A stretch of 15,503 nt of DNA, taken from NCBI GenBank assembly GCA_005223125.1, contig NJBH01000058.1, positions 1 to 15,503 on the forward strand, given 5' to 3'. How positions within the stretch are numbered: position 1 is the first letter of the stretch; the number at the start of each line of letters is the position of its first letter. The position numbers were made by a program, and so were the translations under genes. This DNA comes from Promethearchaeota archaeon Loki_b32. GTDB taxonomy: Archaea; Asgardarchaeota; Lokiarchaeia; Sigyniarchaeales; SOKP01. This document shows positions 1 to 8,305 of the stretch, piece after piece. The notes beneath the pieces are model-generated. The model had not been told where the DNA came from. It saw only the letters and a program-made list of their open reading frames with translations, and did no database searches.

Positions 1-1
1 C

Positions 2-2569
2 CTCAAGTTCAGTTTTGTTGATGTATAAGATAAAATCTCCATTTAGTAAATTTAAACAAGTCTTAAGTAATAATTGAATATTATATCTAATATCTGCAGT
101 AAAGTTGAGAAAGTTTACATTTAGTTCGTATATTAAATTTTCATATATCTTCTTCTCTGTTATATCCTCGAGCCAAACTCTAATGTTAATAATTTGTCCG
201 TTTTCGTTGAAACGAGGGATTCTTTTTCCAGTTAACCATTTTAGCTTCCCTGATTTGTCAAATATTCTAAATTCTAATTCAGCTTCCTCATTAGAATCTA
301 AAAGTTTACGTAAATCTTTTGGGTGAATCAGTTTATTAAGAAAATGATCTTCAGTTAATTCTTCTTTAACATAACCAATAATTTCTTCTAATTTGGGATT
401 GAGATATATGATTTCCTTTTTAATAACGTCAATTTCTACTACTCCTACGGAGGAAGATTCTAATAGATCTCGATATTTTTTTTCGCTTCTTTTTATTGCT
501 TCTTCTGCTTGTTTTTGTGTGGTTACATCGTGAATGACTGCGAGAATATAAGTTTGCCCCTTCACATTGATCAAAGTTGATCTAACTTGTACCCAATTAA
601 TTTGATTGCCTTTACGTTTAATTGGAAATTCCACAGATTCTAATCGATTATCTTCCAATAAATCTTTATATCCATCTAGTAATTTTTCTAACCCATTTTC
701 ATGATAAATATCTAACTTTATAAAATTTTTACCAATAAACTCTCTTGGGGAATATCCAGTAATAGATTCTAACGCAGAATTACATTCTATTATATTTCCT
801 TTTAGATCAGTAAGTACAACTCCATCTGGAGATGTTTCAAATAGTTTATGATATTTAGCTTCCGATTCCTTTAATCTCTGTTCTGTGAGCTTTCTATCTG
901 TTATATCTACAATAGACACAATGACTTTTGACCATGTGCTTTCAGATTTTGGTACTATTGATGTCTTAGCATAAAGATATATAGTATCTCCTGTGAAGGT
1001 TTTAGAAACAATTTCCGACTCATACATTATTTCACCATTTATTAAAGATAGCATTTCCATTTTATTATCTAAAAATACTTCTTCAGTCATTATACTATCG
1101 CCTAGTTGATTCATTCTCAATATGAAATCTTCTTTACTGTTAGCTTTATATATTTCTAAAGTTTTCCTATTCACATCAATTACTTTGGCTTTAGTCATAA
1201 ACTTTAGAACTTCGTCAGGTTTATCATCAAAATATTTCTTGAAATCATTAATTCCTGTTGCTTTTAAATGATCGACATATCTTTTCATCTCTGAAAAGTC
1301 TTGGATCATCAAAGCAATTGGAGAATTTTCAAATAAATTGCGATATTTTTCTTCAGACGATCGTATTTTTTGTTCTGCATTCATTTTGGCAGTTACATCT
1401 ATCTGTGTTAGTAAATCCGCAGGTCGTCCTTGATAACTTATTGGTTTTGAGTAATTTTCAACATATCTTATATTCCCACTTTTCTTTATTATTTTTGCAA
1501 TATAGTGTATAATTATATCTTCTGAACCTTGTTGTTTTTTTGTTAATTGATTTAACATCATTTCTTTAGAATCAGGATAAATAACTTTCATAAATTCTTT
1601 AGGTTTCCATTGTCTAACTTCATCAATGGGATATCCATAAATTTCAGCCATTTGGTGATTCAAATATTTAATTTCAAAGTCTTGGATAATGCATATTCCC
1701 ATTAATGATTGTTCAGCAATAGTTCTAAATTTTTCTTCTGATTCCTTTAGCTCTTTTTCAGCTATTACAAGATTATTAATATCTGTTATGGTACCTCTTA
1801 TTCCTATAATTTGCTCATTTTTTAAAATGGGTTTTGAATGAATCATTGCATAAAATTCACGCCCATCTTTCTTTACTAACAAATATTTATGAGGTAATGT
1901 ATCTTTACCTTTAAGTAGTAATTTAATATATTTCGAGGCTTCCTCAAGATATTCGGGATCTACAAACTGGGTTATATTCAAGCCTAAGCTTATATCTTCC
2001 TCAGTATATCCAAATATCTTAAGGGCAGCTGAATTTACATATGTCAGATTTAAATTTAAGTCTGTCTCGAATATTACATCAGGTAGTAATTCGGCAATAT
2101 CTCTATATTTTTTCTCTGAATCTTCTAATTTTGAGATTTTTTTTATATAATTTTCTGTTTCTTCTAACTTTATCTCTAATTCTTTTATTTTTGAAATATC
2201 TCTTAATCTGATAATCAATTTTTGTTGATTTTTCTCATAATTAAATAAAGTAGATTTTAAATCCACCCATGTGAACTTTCCATTTTTATGTAATACTTTG
2301 ACATCGTGTGTATCTTTATTTTGTTGGATCATTCTTAATAGGTCGTTCTGTTGAGTATTATCTCCAAAATCAACTAAATTCAATAAAGATTTACCAATAA
2401 GAAACCCATCTGTATATCCTAATTGTTCTAGAAACTTGCATTCATGAACATATTCAATTTTAAATGAATTATCAGTTGAGGTGATAACAATTAAATCTTC
2501 CACGGTTTCCATAAAAAATGGAAAGATATTCTCAAAATTAGTATATTTATTTTTCTTATCAGAAATCAT
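2..2569 (-). CDS. Multi-PAS sensor protein, probably a histidine kinase (partial, C-terminus beyond window start)
   Basis: Open frame from ATG at 2569 (MISDKKNKYTNF...) to the window edge (...GDFILYINKTELE), 856 codons. GGAG lies about 9 nt upstream. About six PAS/PAC repeats with linkers such as SEKKYRDIAE, ESEEKFRTIAEQS, SSEEKYRNLFENSP, ESEAKYHKLFETSPDG and RSEKKYRDLLESS, and PAC ends RDIS/TDIN/IDVT/VDIT/HDVT/EDIT. The kinase domain is not visible in the window. Confidence 0.88.
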   Translation of the reverse strand, partial: MISDKKNKYTNFENIFPFFMETVEDLIVITSTDNSFKIEYVHECKFLEQLGYTDGFLIGKSLLNLVDFGDNTQQNDLLRMIQQNKDTHDVKVLHKNGKFTWVDLKSTLFNYEKNQQKLIIRLRDISKIKELEIKLEETENYIKKISKLEDSEKKYRDIAELLPDVIFETDLNLNLTYVNSAALKIFGYTEEDISLGLNITQFVDPEYLEEASKYIKLLLKGKDTLPHKYLLVKKDGREFYAMIHSKPILKNEQIIGIRGTITDINNLVIAEKELKESEEKFRTIAEQSLMGICIIQDFEIKYLNHQMAEIYGYPIDEVRQWKPKEFMKVIYPDSKEMMLNQLTKKQQGSEDIIIHYIAKIIKKSGNIRYVENYSKPISYQGRPADLLTQIDVTAKMNAEQKIRSSEEKYRNLFENSPIALMIQDFSEMKRYVDHLKATGINDFKKYFDDKPDEVLKFMTKAKVIDVNRKTLEIYKANSKEDFILRMNQLGDSIMTEEVFLDNKMEMLSLINGEIMYESEIVSKTFTGDTIYLYAKTSIVPKSESTWSKVIVSIVDITDRKLTEQRLKESEAKYHKLFETSPDGVVLTDLKGNIIECNSALESITGYSPREFIGKNFIKLDIYHENGLEKLLDGYKDLLEDNRLESVEFPIKRKGNQINWVQVRSTLINVKGQTYILAVIHDVTTQKQAEEAIKRSEKKYRDLLESSSVGVVEIDVIKKEIIYLNPKLEEIIGYVKEELTEDHFLNKLIHPKDLRKLLDSNEEAELEFRIFDKSGKLKWLTGKRIPRFNENGQIINIRVWLEDITEKKIYENLIYELNVNFLNFTADIRYNIQLLLKTCLNLLNGDFILYINKTELE

Positions 2570-2722
2570 ATATAGAGCTCCATTAGCCTAGGAATTTGAT
2601 AATTAATTATAATAATTATCTTATGGTAATTATAAATCCATAGTAAGAGTAATTTTATTTATATCTTATCTTAAAATGACATTTTCGTAATAGTTATATA
2701 GACAATTAGATTGTAAATTATG

Positions 2723-3751
2723 CTATAAAATATATTTCTTCAAAATCTTGTCATTTTCTTTTTCAATGGTCATTTCTTCAGCCAGATTGTTATAATCAGT
2801 TCCATAAATGATTTGACCTTGTAATTGATTTAAATCCGAATATCGTAAAGTCAGCTTGGCAGCAAATTTTAATGCACTATTATCATAATCCCCTTGTACA
2901 ATTGTTATTGGTCCAGAAATATCTTTAGCTTCAATTATTAGATCATTAGGGTTTTTAAGATTAATTAATTTCTTGTTTTCAGATTCATTTCTTCCTACTA
3001 TGATTTTTGTATTTTTATACCGGAAATGTCTCCCAACTTTTAAAATATGGATATCTTCCATTTTCAGATTTTTATTAAATCTCAAGTAATCTCTCATCCG
3101 ATTTGCAAAATTTCCGTCCGTTAATAAGCAACCTCCACAAGCATAGTAATTTTCTAAAAGTCCATGTTTTCTAGCTAATTCTAATTGTATTTTTCTGCTT
3201 CTTCCTTGTATACTTAATAATTTTTTTCGATCTATTAAGCCTTGTTCTTCATAAATAGTGGGTTTTAAGAGATGAGCTGATAGAGGTCTTAAAAGTTTGC
3301 CTTCAAGCCCAGATTCTTTTTCTACTAATTGAAGTGCTTTCATATGCTGGGATTTTGGTCTTTGGTTAAGGACTTCTCCAGTAAATATAAAATCAGCTCT
3401 AAGAGTTTTGTTAAATTCTTGTGCTTTTTTTAGAATATATATTCTACAATCAATACAAGGGTTTAGATTTTTTCCATACCCGTACTTAGGATTGCGAACA
3501 ATCTCTAAATAATCATCCCCCTTTGGGATAGTAAAGACTTTAATTCCAAGTTTATCATGATACAAATTTAATCCGCAATCAGAGTGACTTAAAACTTTAT
3601 CACACAAACAAAATGGGGATTTGAAATTCAAACCAATAACTTCAATCCCTTGTAATTGCAATAAAAGACAAGAAGTTAAACTATCCAAACCTCCTGATAC
3701 TAACCCAAGTCCTACTATTTGATCTTTTTTTATTATTTCTTCATCATTCAT
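2723..3751 (-). CDS. PP-loop ATPase of the ThiI/MnmA-like tRNA sulfurtransferase group, with a C-terminal NFACT-R/DUF814-like RNA-binding domain
   Basis: SGGLDS PP-loop; motifs GYGKNLNPCIDCR, TGEVLNQRPKSQ, LLRPLSA and GGCLLTD; C-terminal IIVGRNESEN...GPIT is typical of DUF814. Confidence 0.8.
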   Translation of the reverse strand: MNDEEIIKKDQIVGLGLVSGGLDSLTSCLLLQLQGIEVIGLNFKSPFCLCDKVLSHSDCGLNLYHDKLGIKVFTIPKGDDYLEIVRNPKYGYGKNLNPCIDCRIYILKKAQEFNKTLRADFIFTGEVLNQRPKSQHMKALQLVEKESGLEGKLLRPLSAHLLKPTIYEEQGLIDRKKLLSIQGRSRKIQLELARKHGLLENYYACGGCLLTDGNFANRMRDYLRFNKNLKMEDIHILKVGRHFRYKNTKIIVGRNESENKKLINLKNPNDLIIEAKDISGPITIVQGDYDNSALKFAAKLTLRYSDLNQLQGQIIYGTDYNNLAEEMTIEKENDKILKKYIL

Positions 3752-3894
3752 AATTATTATGTAACGTCTTTTAACTTCTAATGAAGAGCATTTCTCATAA
3801 GATTAAATGGTTTTGTTATGAATACTTAAAAGATCTTAAAAATTTATTTTTTACTTTAATCTTTTATAATTCAGTAATTCTAATCGAATATTTT

Positions 3895-4554
3895 TCAGTA
3901 GTTCCGAATCATTGCCCAATTAACTATATTTGTGTCTGGGATTTCATATTCTTTAAGAATTTTAAACCCAAACCGTTTAAAGATCCGTATATTTTTCTCA
4001 TTATTAGTATCTAAAAAGAAAGGTATATTTTGATTATCGATTTGATTAAAAATAGAACCAAATAAAACACGAGATAATCCTCTTCCTTGATATTGTGGAT
4101 TTATACCAATAATGGATAAGTACCAGTGGTGTGAAGGCATAAGACGCTCATGAACTGAATTTACATAATTATAAAATCTATTTTGTTTTTTGACAGCTTT
4201 ACTCCTAAGCTTAAAAAAATAAGATATTCCACCATTTAAAAGTCCCATACATGTTGTAACTTTAGCTTTATACGAAGGAAACCATACAGCAATTCCTTCT
4301 AATTTTGGTGAAGTTGTATGGACTATTCCATATTTTATCCCAATACGCAGTAATAATTCCATCATAGATGGTAATTTATTTTCTCTTTCTGTTGAATCCG
4401 GAAATAAGTATAACAATAAAGGGTCATTATGAAAAGCCTGACTCAGAACTTTACTTGCTAGTTTAATTTGATATTTGGATAGCTTTGTAAGATCGCTTAA
4501 TATGACTCCTACCATTTTATTACCTTTTCTTATACCTAATTTCCCTATAAACAT
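3895..4554 (-). CDS. GNAT-family N-acetyltransferase (true start may be ATG 4515)
   Basis: AFHNDP N-terminal motif; HWYLSIIGINPQYQGRGLS acetyl-CoA-binding motif A; FLDTNNEKNIRIFKRFGF motif B. Confidence 0.88.
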   Translation of the reverse strand: MFIGKLGIRKGNKMVGVILSDLTKLSKYQIKLASKVLSQAFHNDPLLLYLFPDSTERENKLPSMMELLLRIGIKYGIVHTTSPKLEGIAVWFPSYKAKVTTCMGLLNGGISYFFKLRSKAVKKQNRFYNYVNSVHERLMPSHHWYLSIIGINPQYQGRGLSRVLFGSIFNQIDNQNIPFFLDTNNEKNIRIFKRFGFKILKEYEIPDTNIVNWAMIRNY

Positions 4555-4695
4555 AATTGTGTTTTACAATTTAAAATCATGCATCACAATAATTAATACC
4601 TCGAAAATGGAAAAGCTAAAAAAAAATCAAGGATAATTTTTTATATATTATTAGTGAAATTTTCTAATAGAATACAATAATTATATATATTATAA

Positions 4696-4820
4696 GCCAG
4701 TGTTGCCGAGTCGTAAGGCGATGGCCTGCAGACTTCTTCTCGAAGGATGATAGCCATTTATCATGGGTTCAAAATGTTCTTTTGGGTAAATTGAGCATGA
4801 AATTCCCATCACTGGCTCCA
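4696..4820 (+). tRNA. tRNA-Cys(GCA) with two introns (4732-4751 at 37/38; 4774-4803 at 59/60) and encoded CCA
   Basis: Acceptor stem GCCAGTG/CACTGGC, U73 (4817) and CCA (4818-4820). D-stem GCC/GGC; anticodon stem ATGGC/GCCAT with CT-GCA-G; T-stem ATGGG/CCCAT. Removing 20 and 30 nt gives a 75-nt cloverleaf with T-loop TTCAAAT. Both introns have BHB geometry. Confidence 0.93.
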
Positions 4821-4835
4821 TTTTTTTTATTTTAT
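4821..4835 (+). terminator. Oligo-T archaeal-type terminator after tRNA-Cys
   Basis: TTTTTTTTATTTTAT immediately follows the CCA. Confidence 0.6.
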
Positions 4836-5087
4836 CTATCTTCAATGCAATATGTTCTATAATATAGACATGTTAAATTGTCTGTAGAATTTTTATTTAA
4901 CATATGAAAACTTGGGGTAAATAATATACGAATTCATTAAAGTGGAATAACAATAAAGTAAAAAAACAATTTTCATTAATAAAATAATTATATCCCTTTT
5001 CATTTAAAAGAGCTAATTAATAACAATTATAATTATCCTAAGATTAATTCATTAAGTAAGCGAAATAATATTAGAGATTGATCAATA

Positions 5088-6350
5088 ATGATGATATCAA
5101 GTGAAATTGTACGTGATGAGAAAATACGATCTATTATAAATTCGGATTATAAGAATGAAGAATTTGTAAATTTAATGCGAGCAATTACAAAAGAAGCGAT
5201 TGCCTCCAATTCTTTTTATAATATCCTCGCTAAAAAAGAGAATTTTAAAATAGATGATTTGAATACTATGGACGATTTAGCATTAGTGCCTCGAGTACCT
5301 GCTCCCTTATTTAAAGAATCAACAGGTATGTTTGAAAAGTTGCTGAAAATTCCATTAAATTCCCCTGAATTTGAGTTATGGAATGTTTCCTCTTGTACTT
5401 CTGGAGACCCTTCTTTAGTGGGACGTTCAAAGGACGATATAGAATTATTAGCGAGCATGACAATTAAATGTATATATGAATTCATTCCTATTCCAAAAGA
5501 AGAATGGTATAATACAATCTCATTTGATTTTGCTCCAAGTGTAACATTCTTAAATAGAATTGCATTGAGGTATACAAAAGTTAGACCAGTTAAATTATAT
5601 GGCAGTATTTTACACGAAATCTCAACAAGGATGTCGAACCCTAAATTTTTAATTAAGTTTTACCCTTTAAAAGCCTTAAAGGAAATCATTAAAAGGCGTA
5701 GTCTTGTAGGTGCTTTTGGAATCAATTCAAAATTTGTTATTAAAGAAGTTAGAAAAAATTTAGAAAGGTCAAAAGAAAAACAAAAGAATATTTCATTTGG
5801 AGGAAGTCTTCAGTTGCTAAATACTTTCATGAATGTCATTATGAAAGAAAAAGAAATTAAATTTGAATTGCCGGATTCTGTTGTCAATACAGGCGGCGGT
5901 GGTTGGAGTGGACATAAGTCGCAATTGAAATATCCTCCCATAGAAAAGGAAAAATTCGTTTCAGATTGTGTAGAGTGGTTTGGAACTAAAGCTGAAAGAA
6001 TCACCGATATGTATGGTTTTACTGAAACACCCATAACTTTTGGTAGTCATTGGTCAGATAAGCATCAAGATTTTATATTCCATTGTCCATCTCAAGCTAG
6101 AATTATTATCAGAGATTTAAACACTTTAGACCCTCTAAACAAATCAGGTGATAGAGGTTTTCTGGAAGTACTTACTCCATTTGGGGTAGCTGCCTCTGTA
6201 AATCATGCTATTATTATCGATGATCAGGTAGAATTAGTATCAAAAAATAAATGTCCTGAATGTGGATATGAAGGGGATACATTTATAGTTCATGGAAGGA
6301 TTAAAGATAAAGAAGGACTTGGTTGCTCATCAATTGTTGAGTGGATCTAA
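5088..6350 (+). CDS. LuxE-like acyl-protein synthetase (ANL adenylate-forming superfamily)
   Basis: SSCTSGDPS (variant of SSGTSG), TGGGGWSG (cf. LuxE GGGWK), DMYGFTE (cf. YGMTE), and C-terminal GRIKDKEGLGCS with the Cys matching the LuxE acylation-site motif. Confidence 0.8.
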   Translation: MMISSEIVRDEKIRSIINSDYKNEEFVNLMRAITKEAIASNSFYNILAKKENFKIDDLNTMDDLALVPRVPAPLFKESTGMFEKLLKIPLNSPEFELWNVSSCTSGDPSLVGRSKDDIELLASMTIKCIYEFIPIPKEEWYNTISFDFAPSVTFLNRIALRYTKVRPVKLYGSILHEISTRMSNPKFLIKFYPLKALKEIIKRRSLVGAFGINSKFVIKEVRKNLERSKEKQKNISFGGSLQLLNTFMNVIMKEKEIKFELPDSVVNTGGGGWSGHKSQLKYPPIEKEKFVSDCVEWFGTKAERITDMYGFTETPITFGSHWSDKHQDFIFHCPSQARIIIRDLNTLDPLNKSGDRGFLEVLTPFGVAASVNHAIIIDDQVELVSKNKCPECGYEGDTFIVHGRIKDKEGLGCSSIVEWI

Positions 6351-6594
6351 AGTTAATATTTTTTTCTTATAATCTTTTTTTACCAAGGTATTATTTAAGA
6401 TTTTTAAACCTTTTCAATTCTAATCATTGATTATCTAAATCATTTTAGGTATGAAAGAATATAATAAATGATATATTGCCAGATTGGGTATGAAAAAATT
6501 ATAAATTAATATGAAAAATTGGACTATATAAAAAATAAGTAAAAAGTATAAAATCAGAAACATAAAAGAAAAAATATAAAAAAATCGGTTTAAT

Positions 6595-7089
6595 ATGAGT
6601 GTAAAAAGACATGAAGGCCACGAGAGAGAAATTCCGAATGCCCATATTTACCATGCTATATTACCAATAATATTCTTCCTAATTTGGTTTTTAGATTCAA
6701 GTGTTTTTAAAATTTCAATTTTTTTAAACAACTATGTACCATTTCTAATTCGTGTAATATTATGCATTTCGGTTATAGCAATATCTCTAACGTTTATTTC
6801 ACTATCTCATCAAGTTTTATTTAAATCACATCAACCATCTACTTCTTTGATTACTAATGGGATTCTCGGATATGTTAGGAATCCAATGTATCTTGGAATA
6901 TTGTTAATATATGTTGCATTTATCTTTCTTTCGCTCTCATTAATTAGCATTGGCTTATTTGTTCTAATCTTTCTGGTTTATAACTGGATGGCAAACTTTG
7001 AGGAAAAAATTCTTGAAAATTTGTTCGGTGAAGAATTTTTAGAATACAAAAAAAAAGTGGGAAAATGGCTTCCAAATCCGTTTAAATGA
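6595..7089 (+). CDS. Isoprenylcysteine carboxyl methyltransferase / phospholipid methyltransferase family membrane protein
   Basis: Hydrophobic helices plus LITNGILGYVRNPMYLG and EEKILENLFGEEFLEYKKKVGKWLP, the ICMT/PEMT signature. Confidence 0.88.
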   Translation: MSVKRHEGHEREIPNAHIYHAILPIIFFLIWFLDSSVFKISIFLNNYVPFLIRVILCISVIAISLTFISLSHQVLFKSHQPSTSLITNGILGYVRNPMYLGILLIYVAFIFLSLSLISIGLFVLIFLVYNWMANFEEKILENLFGEEFLEYKKKVGKWLPNPFK

Positions 7090-7142
7090 TCATTATATCA
7101 ATAAATAAAAAGAAATAATGAAAAATCTTTAAAAATATTAGA

Positions 7143-7436
7143 TTATCTTTCAGTATAACCTACAAAACCCGCAATTAATACTAAAATTCCTCCTATTAGA
7201 CTAGTGTAAATAATCATTACAATTCCAATAACTACACAAATAATCCAGTTTAATTCAACAAATTTATGCGGAATAATTATACTTAATAAAATAATAACAG
7301 CTAGTGTAATTGATAACACTAATAAAATTACTCTTGAAACTTCTAAATTTCTGTCATCAAATTCTAGTAGTGCTTCTATTAAACTTATAGCAGCGCCTAA
7401 TGCAGCTAAAAGTTTCATTAGATCTTCATTTTGCAT
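7143..7436 (-). CDS. Small multi-pass membrane protein of unknown function
   Basis: ORF from ATG 7436 (MQNEDLMKLLA..., 97 aa) with three to four hydrophobic segments, ending IGGILVLIAGFVGYTER. Confidence 0.75.
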   Translation of the reverse strand: MQNEDLMKLLAALGAAISLIEALLEFDDRNLEVSRVILLVLSITLAVIILLSIIIPHKFVELNWIICVVIGIVMIIYTSLIGGILVLIAGFVGYTER

Positions 7437-7640
7437 TTTCAAAACCAATCTAGTTTGTATTATAAACAAAAATTAACTATGAGAAATATCTAAATTTAGT
7501 CTATTTAATTTTTGTTGGCAATTAAGTAAATAATGAAAATAGAATATTATCTAATTATTTCACATTATAATGAAATTATTTATATAAAAAAGCTTTTATT
7601 TATCTTGAAAATCAAATTATTAAATAGTTACTCAAGGTTT

Positions 7641-7931
7641 ATGAAGAATTTAGAAAAAGTAGAAAAAATCTTAAAAAAGCATAAAAATTATTTAAGGAAT
7701 AAGTTCTATATTGAGAAAATTGGTGTTTTTGGATCTTATTCAAAGGGTACACAAAAAAGCAAAAGCGATATAGATATTTTTGTAGAATTTTATCACCCAA
7801 TTGGATGGAAATTCTTCACATTAAAAGAATTTCTTGAAAATATATTAAGAATGAAGGTTGATTTAGCAACAAAAAATTCATTAAGACCTCAAATGAAGGA
7901 AGATGTTTTAAAAGATGTGATATATGTATGA
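7641..7931 (+). CDS. Minimal nucleotidyltransferase (MNT) antitoxin, MntA-like
   Basis: GVFGSYSKGTQKSKSDIDIFVEF fits GS-X10-DXD; KVDL motif. 96 aa from ATG 7641 is typical MNT size. The stop overlaps the downstream start (ATGA, 7928-7931). Confidence 0.9.
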   Translation: MKNLEKVEKILKKHKNYLRNKFYIEKIGVFGSYSKGTQKSKSDIDIFVEFYHPIGWKFFTLKEFLENILRMKVDLATKNSLRPQMKEDVLKDVIYV

Positions 7932-8299
7932 AAGAAAGAACATCTAAAATATATTTTGAGGATATAATCACCTTTTTTAAACGGATTGAATCTTACATTC
8001 AAGATTTAAACTTTGAAAATTTTAGAGAAAATCAATTAGTAATTGATGCTGTTATAAGAAATTTAGTGCTAATTGGTGAGGCTTCCAAAAATATCTTTTC
8101 TGAGACCTGAAAGAAATTCTCTAATGTCCCTTGGTCTGAGATGATTGGATTGAGAAATCTAGCCACTCACGGCTATTTCAAGATAGATCTTACAATTATT
8201 TGGGACATAATTACTAAAGATATCCCTGAAAATAAACAATCTATTCAAAATATTTTTAGTGAGTTGTTTAAAGAATCAGAAGAAAATAATAAGAAATAA
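7928..8299 (+). pseudogene. HEPN (DUF86/HepT-like) RNase toxin interrupted by an in-frame TGA at 8108-8110
   Basis: DAVIRNLVLIGEASKN precedes the TGA. The same frame continues KKFSNVPWSEMIGLRNLATHGYFKIDLTIIWDII... to TAA 8297-8299 and contains the R-X4-H motif (8153-8170). Confidence 0.85.
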
Positions 8300-8305
8300 A
8301 GATTT

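Noticed and set aside
105-1512. Plus-strand ORFs 105-326 and 1258-1512
   Set aside because: Antisense shadows of the multi-PAS gene with no recognisable motifs.
3781-4014. 77-aa plus-strand ORF
   Set aside because: Overlaps the GNAT 3' end in antisense and consists of low-complexity AT-rich sequence.
4726-4752. Alternative splicing of the anticodon intron to give a different anticodon
   Set aside because: The alternative cut registers examined put a pyrimidine at position 37 and lack BHB geometry; U73 and G37 support Cys.
4850-4905. Imperfect inverted repeats downstream of the tRNA, considered as an att site or MITE
   Set aside because: AT-rich short arms, no integrase or transposase in the window, and no duplicate of the tRNA 3' end seen.
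5216-6034. Minus-strand ORFs 5216-5485 and 5810-6034
   Set aside because: Antisense to the LuxE-like gene; the polyproline run simply mirrors GGGG codons.
7533-7640. N-terminal extension of the MNT ORF
   Set aside because: AT-rich, promoter-like sequence; ATG 7641 gives a typical MNT length.
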